The notes: generated by a model from the sequence alone, not told the origin. Positions 31,598 to 42,347 are shown, counted from the stretch's first letter. The stretch is DNA of 64,000 bases from Bacilli bacterium (GCA_017460745.1 JAFUAL010000045.1:75741-139740); one strand, 5' to 3'. Numbers and translations are program-made.

Positions 31598-32786
31598 TAT
31601 TATGGAAACAATTTTAAGAACAGATTTAAAAATTAAAGATATTTGTGAGGGATTTCAATATAGTGAAAGTGAAGAAAAAGGATTATTTGGTTGGAGTGGC
31701 AAATTAACAATTCAACCAGAATATCAAAGAAATTATATTTATGCAAATGGAAAAGATGATGTTGCAGTAATTGATTCTTTGTTAAAAGGTTATCCAATAG
31801 GTTTAATATATTTTGTTGAATCAGAAAAAGATAAATATGAGATATTAGATGGTCAACAAAGAATTACTAGTATTGGTAGATATATTACAAATTGGTTTGC
31901 TTGGATTGATGATTCAGGTATTCCATATAAGTTTAATTCATTACCAGAAGATAAACAAAAAAAGATTTTAGAAACAGAATTAACAATATATATATGTAAA
32001 GGTGAAGAATCAGAAATAAAAGAATGGTTTAAAACTATTAATATTGCAGGTAAACCATTAAATGATCAAGAATTATTAAATGCTATTTATAGTGGAAGTT
32101 TTATTTCAAAGGCTAAAGAAGTATTTAGTAATAGTCAAAATTCTAATCTTCATAAATGGCTAAGTTATATGAAAGTTGATGTTAAAAGACAAGGATTACT
32201 TGAGGTTGCACTTGGTTGGGTTTCTAAAGATTGGGAAAAAGATGGAAATTTAGAGCATTATATGGCAGAACATAGAAAAGATGACAATATTAATGAATTA
32301 AATTCTTATTTCAATGATGTAATTAATTGGGTATCAACAGTCTTTACTGATGTAGAAGATGAAATGCAAAGTGTTAATTGGGGTAAAATGTATGAAAAGT
32401 ATCATAAAAATCCATATAATTCTCAAGAAGTTTCAAAAAAACTTCATGAGCTATATAGTGATTTCTTTGTCAAAGATAGAAAAGGATGCTATGAATATAT
32501 TTTAAATGGTTGTAAGGCAGAAGATATAAAATTATTAAATATTAGATTATTTGATGAACCAGTAAAAAAGACTGTATATGCTAAACAAACTCAGGAAGCA
32601 AAATCAAAAGAAATATCAAATTGTCCTATGTGTGTATTAGAGGGTTTGAGCAACAAAAATAAAATATGGGAATATAAAGATATGGATGCAGATCATGTAA
32701 CTGCTTGGAGTAAAGGTGGATCTACTGATATTTCAAACTGCCAAATGTTATGTAGAACACATAATCATATCAAAGGAAATAGATAA
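31590..32786 (+). CDS. DUF262 (GmrS-like) + HNH endonuclease
   Basis: [19 protein letters not shown]; C-terminal CPMC...DADH...GGST...NCQMLC..HN..K. Confidence 0.88.
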   Translation: MNNIMETILRTDLKIKDICEGFQYSESEEKGLFGWSGKLTIQPEYQRNYIYANGKDDVAVIDSLLKGYPIGLIYFVESEKDKYEILDGQQRITSIGRYITNWFAWIDDSGIPYKFNSLPEDKQKKILETELTIYICKGEESEIKEWFKTINIAGKPLNDQELLNAIYSGSFISKAKEVFSNSQNSNLHKWLSYMKVDVKRQGLLEVALGWVSKDWEKDGNLEHYMAEHRKDDNINELNSYFNDVINWVSTVFTDVEDEMQSVNWGKMYEKYHKNPYNSQEVSKKLHELYSDFFVKDRKGCYEYILNGCKAEDIKLLNIRLFDEPVKKTVYAKQTQEAKSKEISNCPMCVLEGLSNKNKIWEYKDMDADHVTAWSKGGSTDISNCQMLCRTHNHIKGNR

Positions 32787-32787
32787 A

Positions 32788-32819
32788 AAAAGAAATAGTC
32801 GTTAATGATTATTTCTTTT
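32788..32819. terminator. bidirectional terminator
   Basis: AAAAGAAATAGTC / GATTATTTCTTTT stem between convergent genes. Confidence 0.6.
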
Positions 32820-33096
32820 GCTTTTCGTCTATTCTATTAAAACTAGTTTTATGGTTTGCATCGTATTTAATTAAATCAGAAGCAGTCATATTAAGTTTAG
32901 AATCAATGTTGTCGTTCATACCAGTTGCAATTTTATCTAACATATCTATTGTTGGTTTTCTATGACAATTTTCTAATTCATTAATATAGACTAAGTTACT
33001 ACCAACTTTCTCAGCAAACTTCTCTTGAGATAAGTTATATTTTTGTCTATAAAACTTTAAATTCATAGAAAGTATTTCTTTGCTAGAGTGTTTCAT
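32809..33096 (-). CDS. XRE-family HTH regulator
   Basis: NLKFYR...SQEKFAE...YINELEN...PTIDML. Confidence 0.85.
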   Translation of the reverse strand: MKHSSKEILSMNLKFYRQKYNLSQEKFAEKVGSNLVYINELENCHRKPTIDMLDKIATGMNDNIDSKLNMTASDLIKYDANHKTSFNRIDEKQKK

Positions 33097-33246
33097 TTTC
33101 TTACCTCACTTTCAAGATTTATTTTATACAAGTGTTAAATAATTGTCTTTTGCACAACTGTTTAAGCAAAACACTTGTAATTTTGAGAAAAAACCTATAT
33201 TATATTTATAGGAAGTTGCCTTTCTCATATACAAGGAGGTGTAAAA

Positions 33247-33498
33247 ATGACTAAAAAAATTTTTAGAGGAATCTTTATAGCATTGTCTTTTATTCTGTTT
33301 ATATTCCTTGTTAAGTATTTTTATTTTGATACTAAAATGGGATTTAATACTGAAATACTAGAATTAAATTATAGTGCTTTTCCTATGTGGTTTGATGTTC
33401 TTATCTCAGTAGTCTTTATGCCATTAATAGTATTTGCAATTTTTGATGAATTATATGATAGAGTTTCTAACTTCTGTGTAGAAAAATTTAATATGTAA
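33247..33498 (+). CDS. small two-TM membrane protein
   Basis: AAGGAGGT RBS; two hydrophobic segments. Confidence 0.6.
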   Translation: MTKKIFRGIFIALSFILFIFLVKYFYFDTKMGFNTEILELNYSAFPMWFDVLISVVFMPLIVFAIFDELYDRVSNFCVEKFNM

Positions 33499-33598
33499 TT
33501 TACATTGCATATTTTTTTCTAACTTTTTATGGCAAAAACATTGATATTTTTTGTTAATGTGTCATAATATAATAAATAGTAAATTTTGAGGTGCATTT

Positions 33599-33931
33599 AT
33601 GGAAGTAGTAAATAATAATGTAGAATCAAAAGGGAATATTTTGGAGTATTTGAAAAGTATAAATGTTAATTCTAGTAATATACATGAAGAATTTGAATTA
33701 GATAATTATATAGCAAGTGTTGTTATGATTACTACTAGTTCCACTACTATAAATGGTAGTGATGAAGAATATGTAGTTTATTCTTTATTTCAAGATAAAA
33801 AAGATAATAAAATTTATGGTAAGTATTTTAATCAAGAATTTAACAACAAAGATGAAGCAGAAAAATATTATGATGATTTAAAAAGTAAAGTTAGAACACT
33901 AACAAACGATGATATACTTAGCCTTATTTAA
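33599..33931 (+). CDS. hypothetical protein
   Basis: GAGGT RBS. Confidence 0.5.
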   Translation: MEVVNNNVESKGNILEYLKSINVNSSNIHEEFELDNYIASVVMITTSSTTINGSDEEYVVYSLFQDKKDNKIYGKYFNQEFNNKDEAEKYYDDLKSKVRTLTNDDILSLI

Positions 33932-34005
33932 TTATAGTATGTATAAGGGTTTTAATAAAATACATCAAAATAAATTAAAATAAATTATTTTACATTGAAA
34001 TATTG

Positions 34006-34033
34006 TTGACTTAGACAAGTCAAGTGGTAAAAT
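34006..34033 (+). promoter_or_regulatory. sigma-A-like promoter with overlapping palindrome
   Basis: TTGACT...TGGTAAAAT; TTGACTT-agac-AAGTCAA inverted repeat covers the -35 and spacer. Confidence 0.5.
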
Positions 34034-34307
34034 ATAGTAAAATCGATGAATTATACCAAACAGGACAAATTCATCGTTTTTTGTTGCTTTTTTAGGAAAA
34101 TTATGGAAAAAGCATTGACATTATAAAAAATAAACATTAGAATAATAACCAATATTTTGAAAGAAATTGATTTAGTTATGTTTGAAGTGATTGTAGTAGT
34201 ATTTGATGACTTCTTATAAGAGTAAGGTGATAGAATATGAATAATCATGTATTAAAACAATTTGTTTACAACTTATATAACTTAAATTGTAGTTCTCTTA
34301 CTGAAAT

Positions 34308-34357
34308 GAGAGGAACTTATATAGGGATAAAAACCCCTTTATAAGTTTCTCTTTTTT
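34308..34357 (+). terminator. intrinsic terminator just upstream of the transfer-region genes
   Basis: GAGAGGAACTTATA / TATAAGTTTCTCT stem followed by a T run. Confidence 0.55.
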
Positions 34358-34385
34358 GTTGGTTGTTTTGAAATGGAGGGTTTTA

Positions 34386-34919
34386 ATGGATAATTTAATG
34401 TTAGAAAAAGAAGAATTATTAGACAACGAATTACTATCAAAAATGGATCTGGTAGATTATGATCTTGATAGGACATTTTATCGTGTGTGTAAGTTTATGA
34501 AAAAATACAGAAAATTAAAAAGTAAACATTATGATGAGATGCCTATTAAGATCACGACTAAATATAAATATATTTATGTCGATGAGGGTACTAAAAGTAT
34601 TAATGAATATACTAAACTAGATAAATATTTAGATGATGATACTGAATATCAAAAATTATCTAAACAAATATGTCTTGTAACAGAAACATTTAGTCAAGAA
34701 GAACTTGTCTATTATACTATCTGTTTATACCAACAAAAATCAGAAACTCGTGCCTTTAAAGAAATCGGTTGTTCTAATTATGGACTAATACCAATTAAAA
34801 ATAGTTGTATTGTAAAATTTGCTAGTGCATTTGATATAGAAGTTTATAAAGATGATGGCTTTGGTGATGACGAAGAAGAACAAAAATATCAAGAATTTTT
34901 AGAGTTAATTAAAATGTGA
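34386..34919 (+). CDS. hypothetical protein, possibly ArpU-like regulator
   Basis: GGAGG RBS; first gene of the co-oriented transfer region; family is a guess. Confidence 0.35.
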   Translation: MDNLMLEKEELLDNELLSKMDLVDYDLDRTFYRVCKFMKKYRKLKSKHYDEMPIKITTKYKYIYVDEGTKSINEYTKLDKYLDDDTEYQKLSKQICLVTETFSQEELVYYTICLYQQKSETRAFKEIGCSNYGLIPIKNSCIVKFASAFDIEVYKDDGFGDDEEEQKYQEFLELIKM

Positions 34920-35035
34920 TTTAGATTCACATTTTTTTTATTACATTAAAGGAGGTGGTTTTATGATTGTATTTAGCAATTCTGATGATTTGACAAACTA
35001 ATTAATGAGAGGTACCATTCAAGAAAGGTGGTATT

Positions 35036-35656
35036 ATGAAATATATTATTTTTAAAATCATTAAAGTATTATCATGTATCTTTGTCTTATTATTATTAAC
35101 TATTCCAATTTCTACTTTATTTGAAAATGCTAGTGAAAATTTAAGACAAAGTAATAATGTTCAAGAAAATGAACTTAATAATAATGATATTATTGAATCA
35201 GATCAAAAAGAATTGCAAATAGAACAAAAAGAAGAAAAACAAGAAATAGTAGAAAAACAAAAGGAAAAAGAAAAATCTACTTCTTCAAACAAGTCTATAA
35301 CAAATAATACTAATCAAGAAACTAATGTAATTATTAAAGAAGAAACTACTTCTACTACATCAGCTAATAATAATGTTGAAGTACATGAAGAAGCACCAAA
35401 ACAAGAAACTAATAATAATGTAAATCAATATATTGGTGTTCCTAATCCAAATGATTTTTATTATTCATTTCATCATGGTAAAATTGAATATTCCAATATG
35501 GATAGTTGTCTAGCAGATGTTCCTAGAATATCATTTAAAGACACAGTAGATATTATTAATTCTTGGTGTATTGATGTTGTAGATGGTCAAGGTACAATTT
35601 TAGGACAATATTTATATATAAATTGTAGTTCTGGAAATTGTGATAAGTATAAATAG
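35036..35656 (+). CDS. membrane-anchored protein with low-complexity stalk and Cys-containing C-domain
   Basis: N-terminal TM, E/K/N/T-rich linker, four C-terminal Cys. Confidence 0.6.
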   Translation: MKYIIFKIIKVLSCIFVLLLLTIPISTLFENASENLRQSNNVQENELNNNDIIESDQKELQIEQKEEKQEIVEKQKEKEKSTSSNKSITNNTNQETNVIIKEETTSTTSANNNVEVHEEAPKQETNNNVNQYIGVPNPNDFYYSFHHGKIEYSNMDSCLADVPRISFKDTVDIINSWCIDVVDGQGTILGQYLYINCSSGNCDKYK

Positions 35657-35691
35657 TCAGTTCAAACTGGCTTTTTTATTTGGAGGAAACT

Positions 35692-35820
35692 ATGAAAATT
35701 TTATTATTTATAGGTATTGCACTAGTAATTTTATTAGTGCTTTTTATTTATTCTGCTTGTGTTATTTCAAGTAGATGTTCACGAGAGGAGGAAAAGATAG
35801 AAAGTGAAAAAATTAAGTAA
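35692..35820 (+). CDS. 42-aa membrane peptide (not in ORF track)
   Basis: GGAGG RBS; MKILLFIGIALVILLVLFIYSACVISSRCSREEEK... Confidence 0.55.
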   Translation: MKILLFIGIALVILLVLFIYSACVISSRCSREEEKIESEKIK

Positions 35821-38254
35821 AATATTATTTATGTTCATTGGTGCTTTTGTAACTATGGTTGTTGGTTTACAAAATGTTTTTGCAGCTACACTTCAAATGG
35901 ATTTTACTGGTTATTGGTATGAACGAAGTGATAATGGATCTAATTATTCATCTTGGAAACTAGAAAACTATTATGTAGATGGTAATGTAGCATTTTGTAT
36001 TGAGCCAGGTATTCCAGAAGGGACTACCATGCAACAAGGAACTTGGGAAGATACTGGATTATCTAATAATATAAAACAAAGAGTTTTATTACTTGCATAT
36101 TATGGTTATCAATACAATGGACATCAAACTCAAGCATATCGAGCAGCTACTCAAGCACTTATTTGGGAAACTATATTAGGTGGTAATACTCGTGTTACTT
36201 ATAGCACTGAAAGATATGGTGCTGGTACACCTTATAATGTGGATGCTGAAAGAAATGTAATAAATTCTTTAGTTGCAAATCATTATACAAAACCTAGTTT
36301 TAATGGTACAACAGTTACTGCTCAAGTTGGTACTTCTGTTACTTTAACTGATACAAATAATGTTTTAAGTAATTATGAAGTTTATGCATCCAATAATGCT
36401 AATGTTAGTATTAATGGAAACCAATTAACAATTACCCCTACTGAGATAGGTGATGTAACTCTACAATTTGTTAAAAAGCAAATTTATAGTAGATCATATT
36501 TAATTTATTATGGTGATGGCATTCAAAATATGCTTAGTGGTGGAAATGTAGATCCAGTTTATTTCTCTGTAAATCTAAAAGCATTAGGTGGTAAAGTTGA
36601 AATAAATAAAGTGGATTCTGCTAGTATGACTACTACACCACAAGGAGAGGCATCTTTATCTGGTGCTAAATTTAATATAATAGATAAATTTGGTAATGTA
36701 ATTCAAACTTTAACTACTGATGAAAATGGTTATGCTATTAGTGATTACTTACCATATTTTGGACAATATACATTAAAAGAAGTTAGTCCAAGCAATGGCT
36801 ACTTATTAAGTGATGAAGTCGTTCCTTTTGATAGTACCAAAGATAGTATGCTAACTTATGTAAAATTTAAGGAAGATGTCATTACTAGAGATTATGAATT
36901 TACTAAAATTTATTCATCTGATAAAACTGGTATTATGACACCAGAAGTTGGTATAAAATTTGGTATATATGATAAGAACAATAACTTAGTTCAAGAGAAA
37001 ACTACTGATAGTGAGGGTAAAATATATGTTACCTTACCTTATGGAGCTTATACTTTAAAACAATTAACTTCTACCCATAATTTTGAAAAGATGGAAGATT
37101 ATAAATTTGAAGTTCGTGAAGTTGGTGATACTATCAATAAAGTTTTTGGTAATGCAGAAATAACTGCTAAATTAAAAGTAATTAAAGTAGATTCAGAAAC
37201 TGGACAAGTAATTGAAAGATCTAATATTAAATTTAAAATATTTGATGTTAAAAATAATGAATATGTATCTCAAACAATTACTTATCCTACTGCTAAGACT
37301 ATTGATACTTTTGAAACTGATGATAATGGTATTTTAATAACACCTTATCCATTAAAAAGTGGTACTTACTACTTAGAAGAAGTTGATCAAGTTATAGATG
37401 GTTATTTATGGAATGATAAATCAGTAGAATTTGAGATTGGAGAAGATGCTAATTTAATTACTGATAATGAATTTGGAATCTTATTTGAAGTAAAATTTGA
37501 AAATACACCAGTTAAAGGTAGTATTGAAATAAATAAAACTGGTGAAGAAGTTGAATTAACTGATAATGGTTATGTATATACTAAGATTAATCTTGAGGGA
37601 GTTAAAATTGGTTTATATGCTAGTGATAATATATATGATGCTTTAGGTAATTTAAAGTATAAGAAAGATACCTTAATCAAGGAATTAATAACAGATGAAA
37701 ATGGTTATGTGTCTTTAGATAATTTGTATTTAGGTAAATACTATTTACAAGAAATATCTACTATAAATAACCATGTATTAGATAAAACTAAATATTCATT
37801 TGAATTAAAATATAAGGATCAATATACTTCAGTCGTAACATTTACAATTACACTAGAGAATCATTTACCAAAAGGAACTTTAGAATTTACTAAAACTGAT
37901 TTTAGTACAAGTGAAACTCTACCAAATACTCTTATAGAAATTTATACTGAAAACGATGAATTAGTTTATTCTGGTCGTACTGATGAAAATGGGAAAATTG
38001 TTATTACTGATTTACCAGTTGGCAAATACTACATTTTAGAAAAGGAAGCACCAGAAAACTATAAACTTAATGAAGAAAAAATGTTTTTTGAAATAACTGA
38101 AGATGGTCAAGTTGTTCAATGTACTATGACAGATGAAGTGTTTGAAGTTCCAAGCACTGGCAAATCAAATATAAATTATGAATTAATTGGAAGTATTGTA
38201 TTAGTAATATCTGGTTTAGGATTGTGTATATATGGCATCAAAAAAAGAAAATAG
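35804..38254 (+). CDS. thioester-domain adhesin with SpaA/CnaB repeats and sortase signal
   Basis: Signal peptide, AFCIEPG + ATQALIW (Cys-Gln), repeated G.Y.L.E..P.GY, VPSTG + TM + KKRK. Confidence 0.85.
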   Translation: MKKLSKILFMFIGAFVTMVVGLQNVFAATLQMDFTGYWYERSDNGSNYSSWKLENYYVDGNVAFCIEPGIPEGTTMQQGTWEDTGLSNNIKQRVLLLAYYGYQYNGHQTQAYRAATQALIWETILGGNTRVTYSTERYGAGTPYNVDAERNVINSLVANHYTKPSFNGTTVTAQVGTSVTLTDTNNVLSNYEVYASNNANVSINGNQLTITPTEIGDVTLQFVKKQIYSRSYLIYYGDGIQNMLSGGNVDPVYFSVNLKALGGKVEINKVDSASMTTTPQGEASLSGAKFNIIDKFGNVIQTLTTDENGYAISDYLPYFGQYTLKEVSPSNGYLLSDEVVPFDSTKDSMLTYVKFKEDVITRDYEFTKIYSSDKTGIMTPEVGIKFGIYDKNNNLVQEKTTDSEGKIYVTLPYGAYTLKQLTSTHNFEKMEDYKFEVREVGDTINKVFGNAEITAKLKVIKVDSETGQVIERSNIKFKIFDVKNNEYVSQTITYPTAKTIDTFETDDNGILITPYPLKSGTYYLEEVDQVIDGYLWNDKSVEFEIGEDANLITDNEFGILFEVKFENTPVKGSIEINKTGEEVELTDNGYVYTKINLEGVKIGLYASDNIYDALGNLKYKKDTLIKELITDENGYVSLDNLYLGKYYLQEISTINNHVLDKTKYSFELKYKDQYTSVVTFTITLENHLPKGTLEFTKTDFSTSETLPNTLIEIYTENDELVYSGRTDENGKIVITDLPVGKYYILEKEAPENYKLNEEKMFFEITEDGQVVQCTMTDEVFEVPSTGKSNINYELIGSIVLVISGLGLCIYGIKKRK

Positions 38255-38870
38255 ACATACTGATTTAATAAAATGTATTGGTCTATTTCTTTTTGTTTGT
38301 GGTGCTTTTATGCTTATTTATAATTATTCAATAAAAGCAAGATTAAACGAAGAAAACGATTTAAAAATTGAAGAATTTTTAGAAAGTGATACTAATGAAG
38401 AAATAGAAATTTTAGAGGAAGATACTAAAGAAGAAACTACTACTTCCAAAGTTTCATCTTATGATTATATTGCAGTTTTAGAAATACCATCTATTAATCT
38501 AAAACGAGGTTTAGTAGATCCTAGTAGTAAATATAATAATGTAAATTATAATATTCAAATTATTAATAAATCTACTATGCCAGATGTAGTCAATGGTAAC
38601 TTAGTTCTTGCAGGTCATAATGGAGCTAGTTATATATCTTTCTTTAAAAACTTAGATAAATTAAATATTAATGATAAGATTTATGTTTATTATGGTGGGT
38701 ATAAATACATTTATTCTTTAAGTAAAATATATGATACACCTAAAGATGGTAATATTGAAGTTCATAGAGATAATAGTAAAACTACTATAACTTTAATTAC
38801 TTGTAAGAGAAATAGTAAAGATACTCAAGTTGTCTATATTGGTTATTTAGATAGTAAGGAGCTATATTAG
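38232..38870 (+). CDS. sortase
   Basis: LEIPSINL, LAGHN, TLITC. Confidence 0.88.
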   Translation: MASKKENRHTDLIKCIGLFLFVCGAFMLIYNYSIKARLNEENDLKIEEFLESDTNEEIEILEEDTKEETTTSKVSSYDYIAVLEIPSINLKRGLVDPSSKYNNVNYNIQIINKSTMPDVVNGNLVLAGHNGASYISFFKNLDKLNINDKIYVYYGGYKYIYSLSKIYDTPKDGNIEVHRDNSKTTITLITCKRNSKDTQVVYIGYLDSKELY

Positions 38871-39127
38871 TGAGTAATGATTATTTAAAGATACCAGACT
38901 TTGTATTAAGTAGTAAAAAGATTTGTGCCACATCTAAAATTCTTTATGGATATATTTCTCTTTTATGTCATCAAAATGGTTTTTGTTATGCTACAAATAG
39001 TTTTTTAGGTAAAACATTAAGAGTAACACCTAGAACTATTACAAGACTTATAAGAGAATTAAAAGATGCTAAACTAATTACTATTTCATATACAGAGGAT
39101 CGTGTTAGAAGATTATACCTAGTCTAA
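38870..39127 (+). CDS. winged-HTH protein
   Basis: CYATNSFLGKTL..TPRTITRLIRELK. Confidence 0.7.
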   Translation: MSNDYLKIPDFVLSSKKICATSKILYGYISLLCHQNGFCYATNSFLGKTLRVTPRTITRLIRELKDAKLITISYTEDRVRRLYLV

Positions 39128-39272
39128 TTTTTCTACTTTATTAATCAAAAATGACCATCCATTGTAGATGCACTTTACTAATAAATATAATAAATAAAAT
39201 ATAAAGAAAAAATATAATAAATAAATTTAATTTAATAAATTAATTTTAATTAAATTAATTGGAGGTGGTAAC

Positions 39273-39713
39273 ATTCATAAAAACAAAGTTGAATTAATTG
39301 GAAAGATTACTAGTATTTCAGATATTAAAATAGACATAAACAATAATAAGTTTATGTTTTTTGATATAGTACAAAATGAAATGATAGATAACAAAATATA
39401 TAATTCATCTTTTTATAAAGTTAGGTTAAATAATGATTTAATTACTAAATATCAAAATCTATTAATTAAAGGTAATAATTTATATATTGATGGTTACCTA
39501 CATTCATATAAAAAAGATACTAGATTAATTTATTATATATATCCAAAAGAAATTTTAAAACTTGATAAAGATTTCAATTTTGAAGATGAAATTTCTATGA
39601 TTAGTTATGATACTGATGGTGTTATGCTTTGGCATGGTAAAAGGTGTGAATCAATACCACCTACTGAGGAAGAATTAAAAGAAATGGAAGATTTATTAAG
39701 TGAATTTAGATAA
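39273..39713 (+). CDS. SSB-like OB-fold protein, probable ATT start
   Basis: GGAGGT RBS then ATT; the open frame adds NKVELIG before the annotated ATG at 39354; KGNNLYIDGYL. Confidence 0.55.
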   Translation: MHKNKVELIGKITSISDIKIDINNNKFMFFDIVQNEMIDNKIYNSSFYKVRLNNDLITKYQNLLIKGNNLYIDGYLHSYKKDTRLIYYIYPKEILKLDKDFNFEDEISMISYDTDGVMLWHGKRCESIPPTEEELKEMEDLLSEFR

Positions 39714-39716
39714 GGA

Positions 39717-40100
39717 GTGATGATATTGCAAAGAACTATTGATGTTCTTTATATAGAACCCAACAAATTACCAGTAAAAAAAACTATAAAGAATACCCTA
39801 GAAGATAAGCAAAAATTAGTTGGTGGTTATATTGAATATACTTACCTAAATGATTGTGATGATGTTGCAGTTGTTTGTAATGAGGAAGGTAAAATTTATG
39901 GACTACCACCAAATAGAGATATAGGACATGACATTATAGTTGGTAATTTTTTTATAGTTGGTGATGATCCAGAAATTGGTGAAGATCGTTCACTAACAGA
40001 AGAACAGATTTCTAAATATACTAAATTATTTGGAAAGGAATCTATTGAAAAAACTACTAAAAGATATAATCAAATTCTTTCTAGTAGTTTAGATATGTAA
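39717..40100 (+). CDS. DUF3846-like protein
   Basis: QKLVGGYIE, CNEEGK..GLPPNR, IVGNFFIVG. Confidence 0.75.
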   Translation: MMILQRTIDVLYIEPNKLPVKKTIKNTLEDKQKLVGGYIEYTYLNDCDDVAVVCNEEGKIYGLPPNRDIGHDIIVGNFFIVGDDPEIGEDRSLTEEQISKYTKLFGKESIEKTTKRYNQILSSSLDM

Positions 40101-40110
40101 AGGAGGTGAT

Positions 40111-40458
40111 TTGATGAATAATACTTATTTTATTGGAAGATTAGTTACTGATCCAGAATTAAAAGAATTAGAAAACGACAAAAAAGTTGTTAATGTTACA
40201 ATAGCAGTCCCTAGAAGTTACAAAAATAAAGATGGTGAATATGATGCAGACTTCTTAGATTGTACTTTCTGGGATCATAATGCAGATTATGTTTCTAAAA
40301 TGGAAAAAGGTAACAAAATAGCAGTTCAAGGTAGAACTGAAACTAAACTTTATGAAAAAGATGGTAAAACATTTAAAGATTATAAAGTTGTAGTTGATCA
40401 TTGTGAAAACTTGGATTATGTAAAAGAAAAAGATAATTCAAACGAAATGGACATTTAG
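40111..40458 (+). CDS. ssb: single-stranded DNA-binding protein
   Basis: IGRLVTDPEL, ADFLDC, KGNKIAVQGR. Confidence 0.9.
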   Translation: MMNNTYFIGRLVTDPELKELENDKKVVNVTIAVPRSYKNKDGEYDADFLDCTFWDHNADYVSKMEKGNKIAVQGRTETKLYEKDGKTFKDYKVVVDHCENLDYVKEKDNSNEMDI

Positions 40459-40645
40459 TTATGAAATTAGAGCAAAATAAAAGAGTTAGCCCTAACTAAC
40501 TCAGTGTTATTCTTTATAATGTCAAAAGACATAATAAAGTGGTTTAATAACAAACTAATTATATCACTATTTTGCTCTTTTTCTAAATTTATTAGTTTAA
40601 AGGAGGATGATATAATGAATTTTATTAACTTTAGGAGGATGTCTA

Positions 40646-40957
40646 TTGTTTAAATTCGTAGGTACTTCCCTTACTAATTTAGGGAACACTATGAATTTAT
40701 TAGCAATTAATAAATTAGATGGTGGTAATTATAATATTGATTCAATATTAAAAGCCATCAAAACTCTTACAGATTGGTGTTTAAGAGTTGGAATAGCCTT
40801 AGCAGGTGTTTCACTTGTTATAGGTTTTGTTATGTATGCAGTTGCAGATGTGGATAGAAAAGCCCATGTAAAACAAAGGATTATTCAAACTATGTTTGGT
40901 ATAGTTGGAATTATATTAGCCATTTCATTAGTAAACTTAATTATCAGTCTATTCTAG
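40646..40957 (+). CDS. VirB2/TrbC-like pilin
   Basis: Small protein with two TM helices directly before the VirB6-like gene. Confidence 0.6.
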   Translation: MFKFVGTSLTNLGNTMNLLAINKLDGGNYNIDSILKAIKTLTDWCLRVGIALAGVSLVIGFVMYAVADVDRKAHVKQRIIQTMFGIVGIILAISLVNLIISLF

Positions 40958-40964
40958 GTGATAT

Positions 40965-42341
40965 ATGTTAAAAGCACTTGATTTACTTAGAAGATTAGGT
41001 TGGGCAGTAATTGACTTTATCTATAATTTAATTGATACTTTATTTAATATACTTAAAGAATTAAATTTATATGATATTGTAGATAGTGTTTCAGATAATA
41101 CAATATTTAAAAATTTTCATTCTGGAATAATTGCTATTGCCATAACCTTATTAGCACTATTTATTGCTTGGAGATTTGTCATGAAAATTCTAGAACCAGA
41201 TGAGGGTTTATCTACTCATCAAATAGTTATGGAAATTGTTAAATGTAGTGTGCTTGTGTTAATGAGTGTTTTCTTGTTTACACAAGCCAATACTTTATCT
41301 ATGAAATTAAGTGGTTATACTTCTAATATTTTTACAAGTAATGGTACTACTTTGTCAGATTCTATGCTTACTATGTATGTTAATCATTCTGAGGGTTATA
41401 AAGCAAGTGATGAATTTAAAAACGAGGATATTGGTGCTAATATTAAAAATGATAAATTTACTAAAAAAAGGATGTTTAATGATAAATATGTTACTAATTC
41501 AAGATGGATATTACCAGATGAAAAAGATTATAAATATGATATAAATTGGATAATGGCTATTATTGTTGGTGGCTTTTTTCTATATGCATTATTCTTTAGT
41601 GGTATGATGTTGGCTCGTAGGCAAATAGAATTTTTATTTCTATTTCTGATAAGTCCAATAGTCTTTGCTACTTCTATTGGTAATAAACAACGAAGAAGTG
41701 CAGTTATAGAACAATTAGTTTCTCTTATGTTGCAAGGTGCAGTTGTAATGATGATAATTGGAATCACAGTAATAGTGATGCAATCTATTAATAGTACAAC
41801 TTTCTTTGCTAATTCTACATTTAAAGATATGGCTTTAAAATCATTAATGTTTATTGGATGTGGTACTTTCCTACTTACTGGATCACAAGTTATTAATAGA
41901 TTTATTGGAGCAAATGTATCTGCTAATTCTGGTCGTGAGCAATTAATGAGTTTAATGAGCTATGGACATACTATGTCAATGGCTACTCATGTTGGTAGTA
42001 ATGCTCTTACTGGTGCAGGTGCTTTTGGTCTAGGTGTTGCATCATCAGCTGTTGGTAAAGTTGGTGGTAATAAAGTCGTTAATAAAGTTGGTAATGCTAT
42101 TCAAAAATTTGGTAATAGTATTAAAGGATCTGGTGGAACTTCTAGTAGTCCTATTGGAAATATGGTTAGAGGTGGTATTGGAAATACTATTGAAAAATTT
42201 GGTGGTAAAGTCAAAAATTCAACTCCATCTAATATTGGTAAATCTATGAGGATGAGAGGTCGTGAAAATATGGGAGAAGCAGTTAGTTCCATAATGCCCC
42301 AAAGAAATATGTATCGTAGAAGATATAGGTCAAGGGAGTGA
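40965..42341 (+). CDS. VirB6/TrbL-like polytopic conjugation protein
   Basis: Multiple TMs, RRQIEFLFLFLISPI, Gly-rich tail. Confidence 0.7.
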   Translation: MLKALDLLRRLGWAVIDFIYNLIDTLFNILKELNLYDIVDSVSDNTIFKNFHSGIIAIAITLLALFIAWRFVMKILEPDEGLSTHQIVMEIVKCSVLVLMSVFLFTQANTLSMKLSGYTSNIFTSNGTTLSDSMLTMYVNHSEGYKASDEFKNEDIGANIKNDKFTKKRMFNDKYVTNSRWILPDEKDYKYDINWIMAIIVGGFFLYALFFSGMMLARRQIEFLFLFLISPIVFATSIGNKQRRSAVIEQLVSLMLQGAVVMMIIGITVIVMQSINSTTFFANSTFKDMALKSLMFIGCGTFLLTGSQVINRFIGANVSANSGREQLMSLMSYGHTMSMATHVGSNALTGAGAFGLGVASSAVGKVGGNKVVNKVGNAIQKFGNSIKGSGGTSSSPIGNMVRGGIGNTIEKFGGKVKNSTPSNIGKSMRMRGRENMGEAVSSIMPQRNMYRRRYRSRE

Positions 42342-42347
42342 TAAGTT

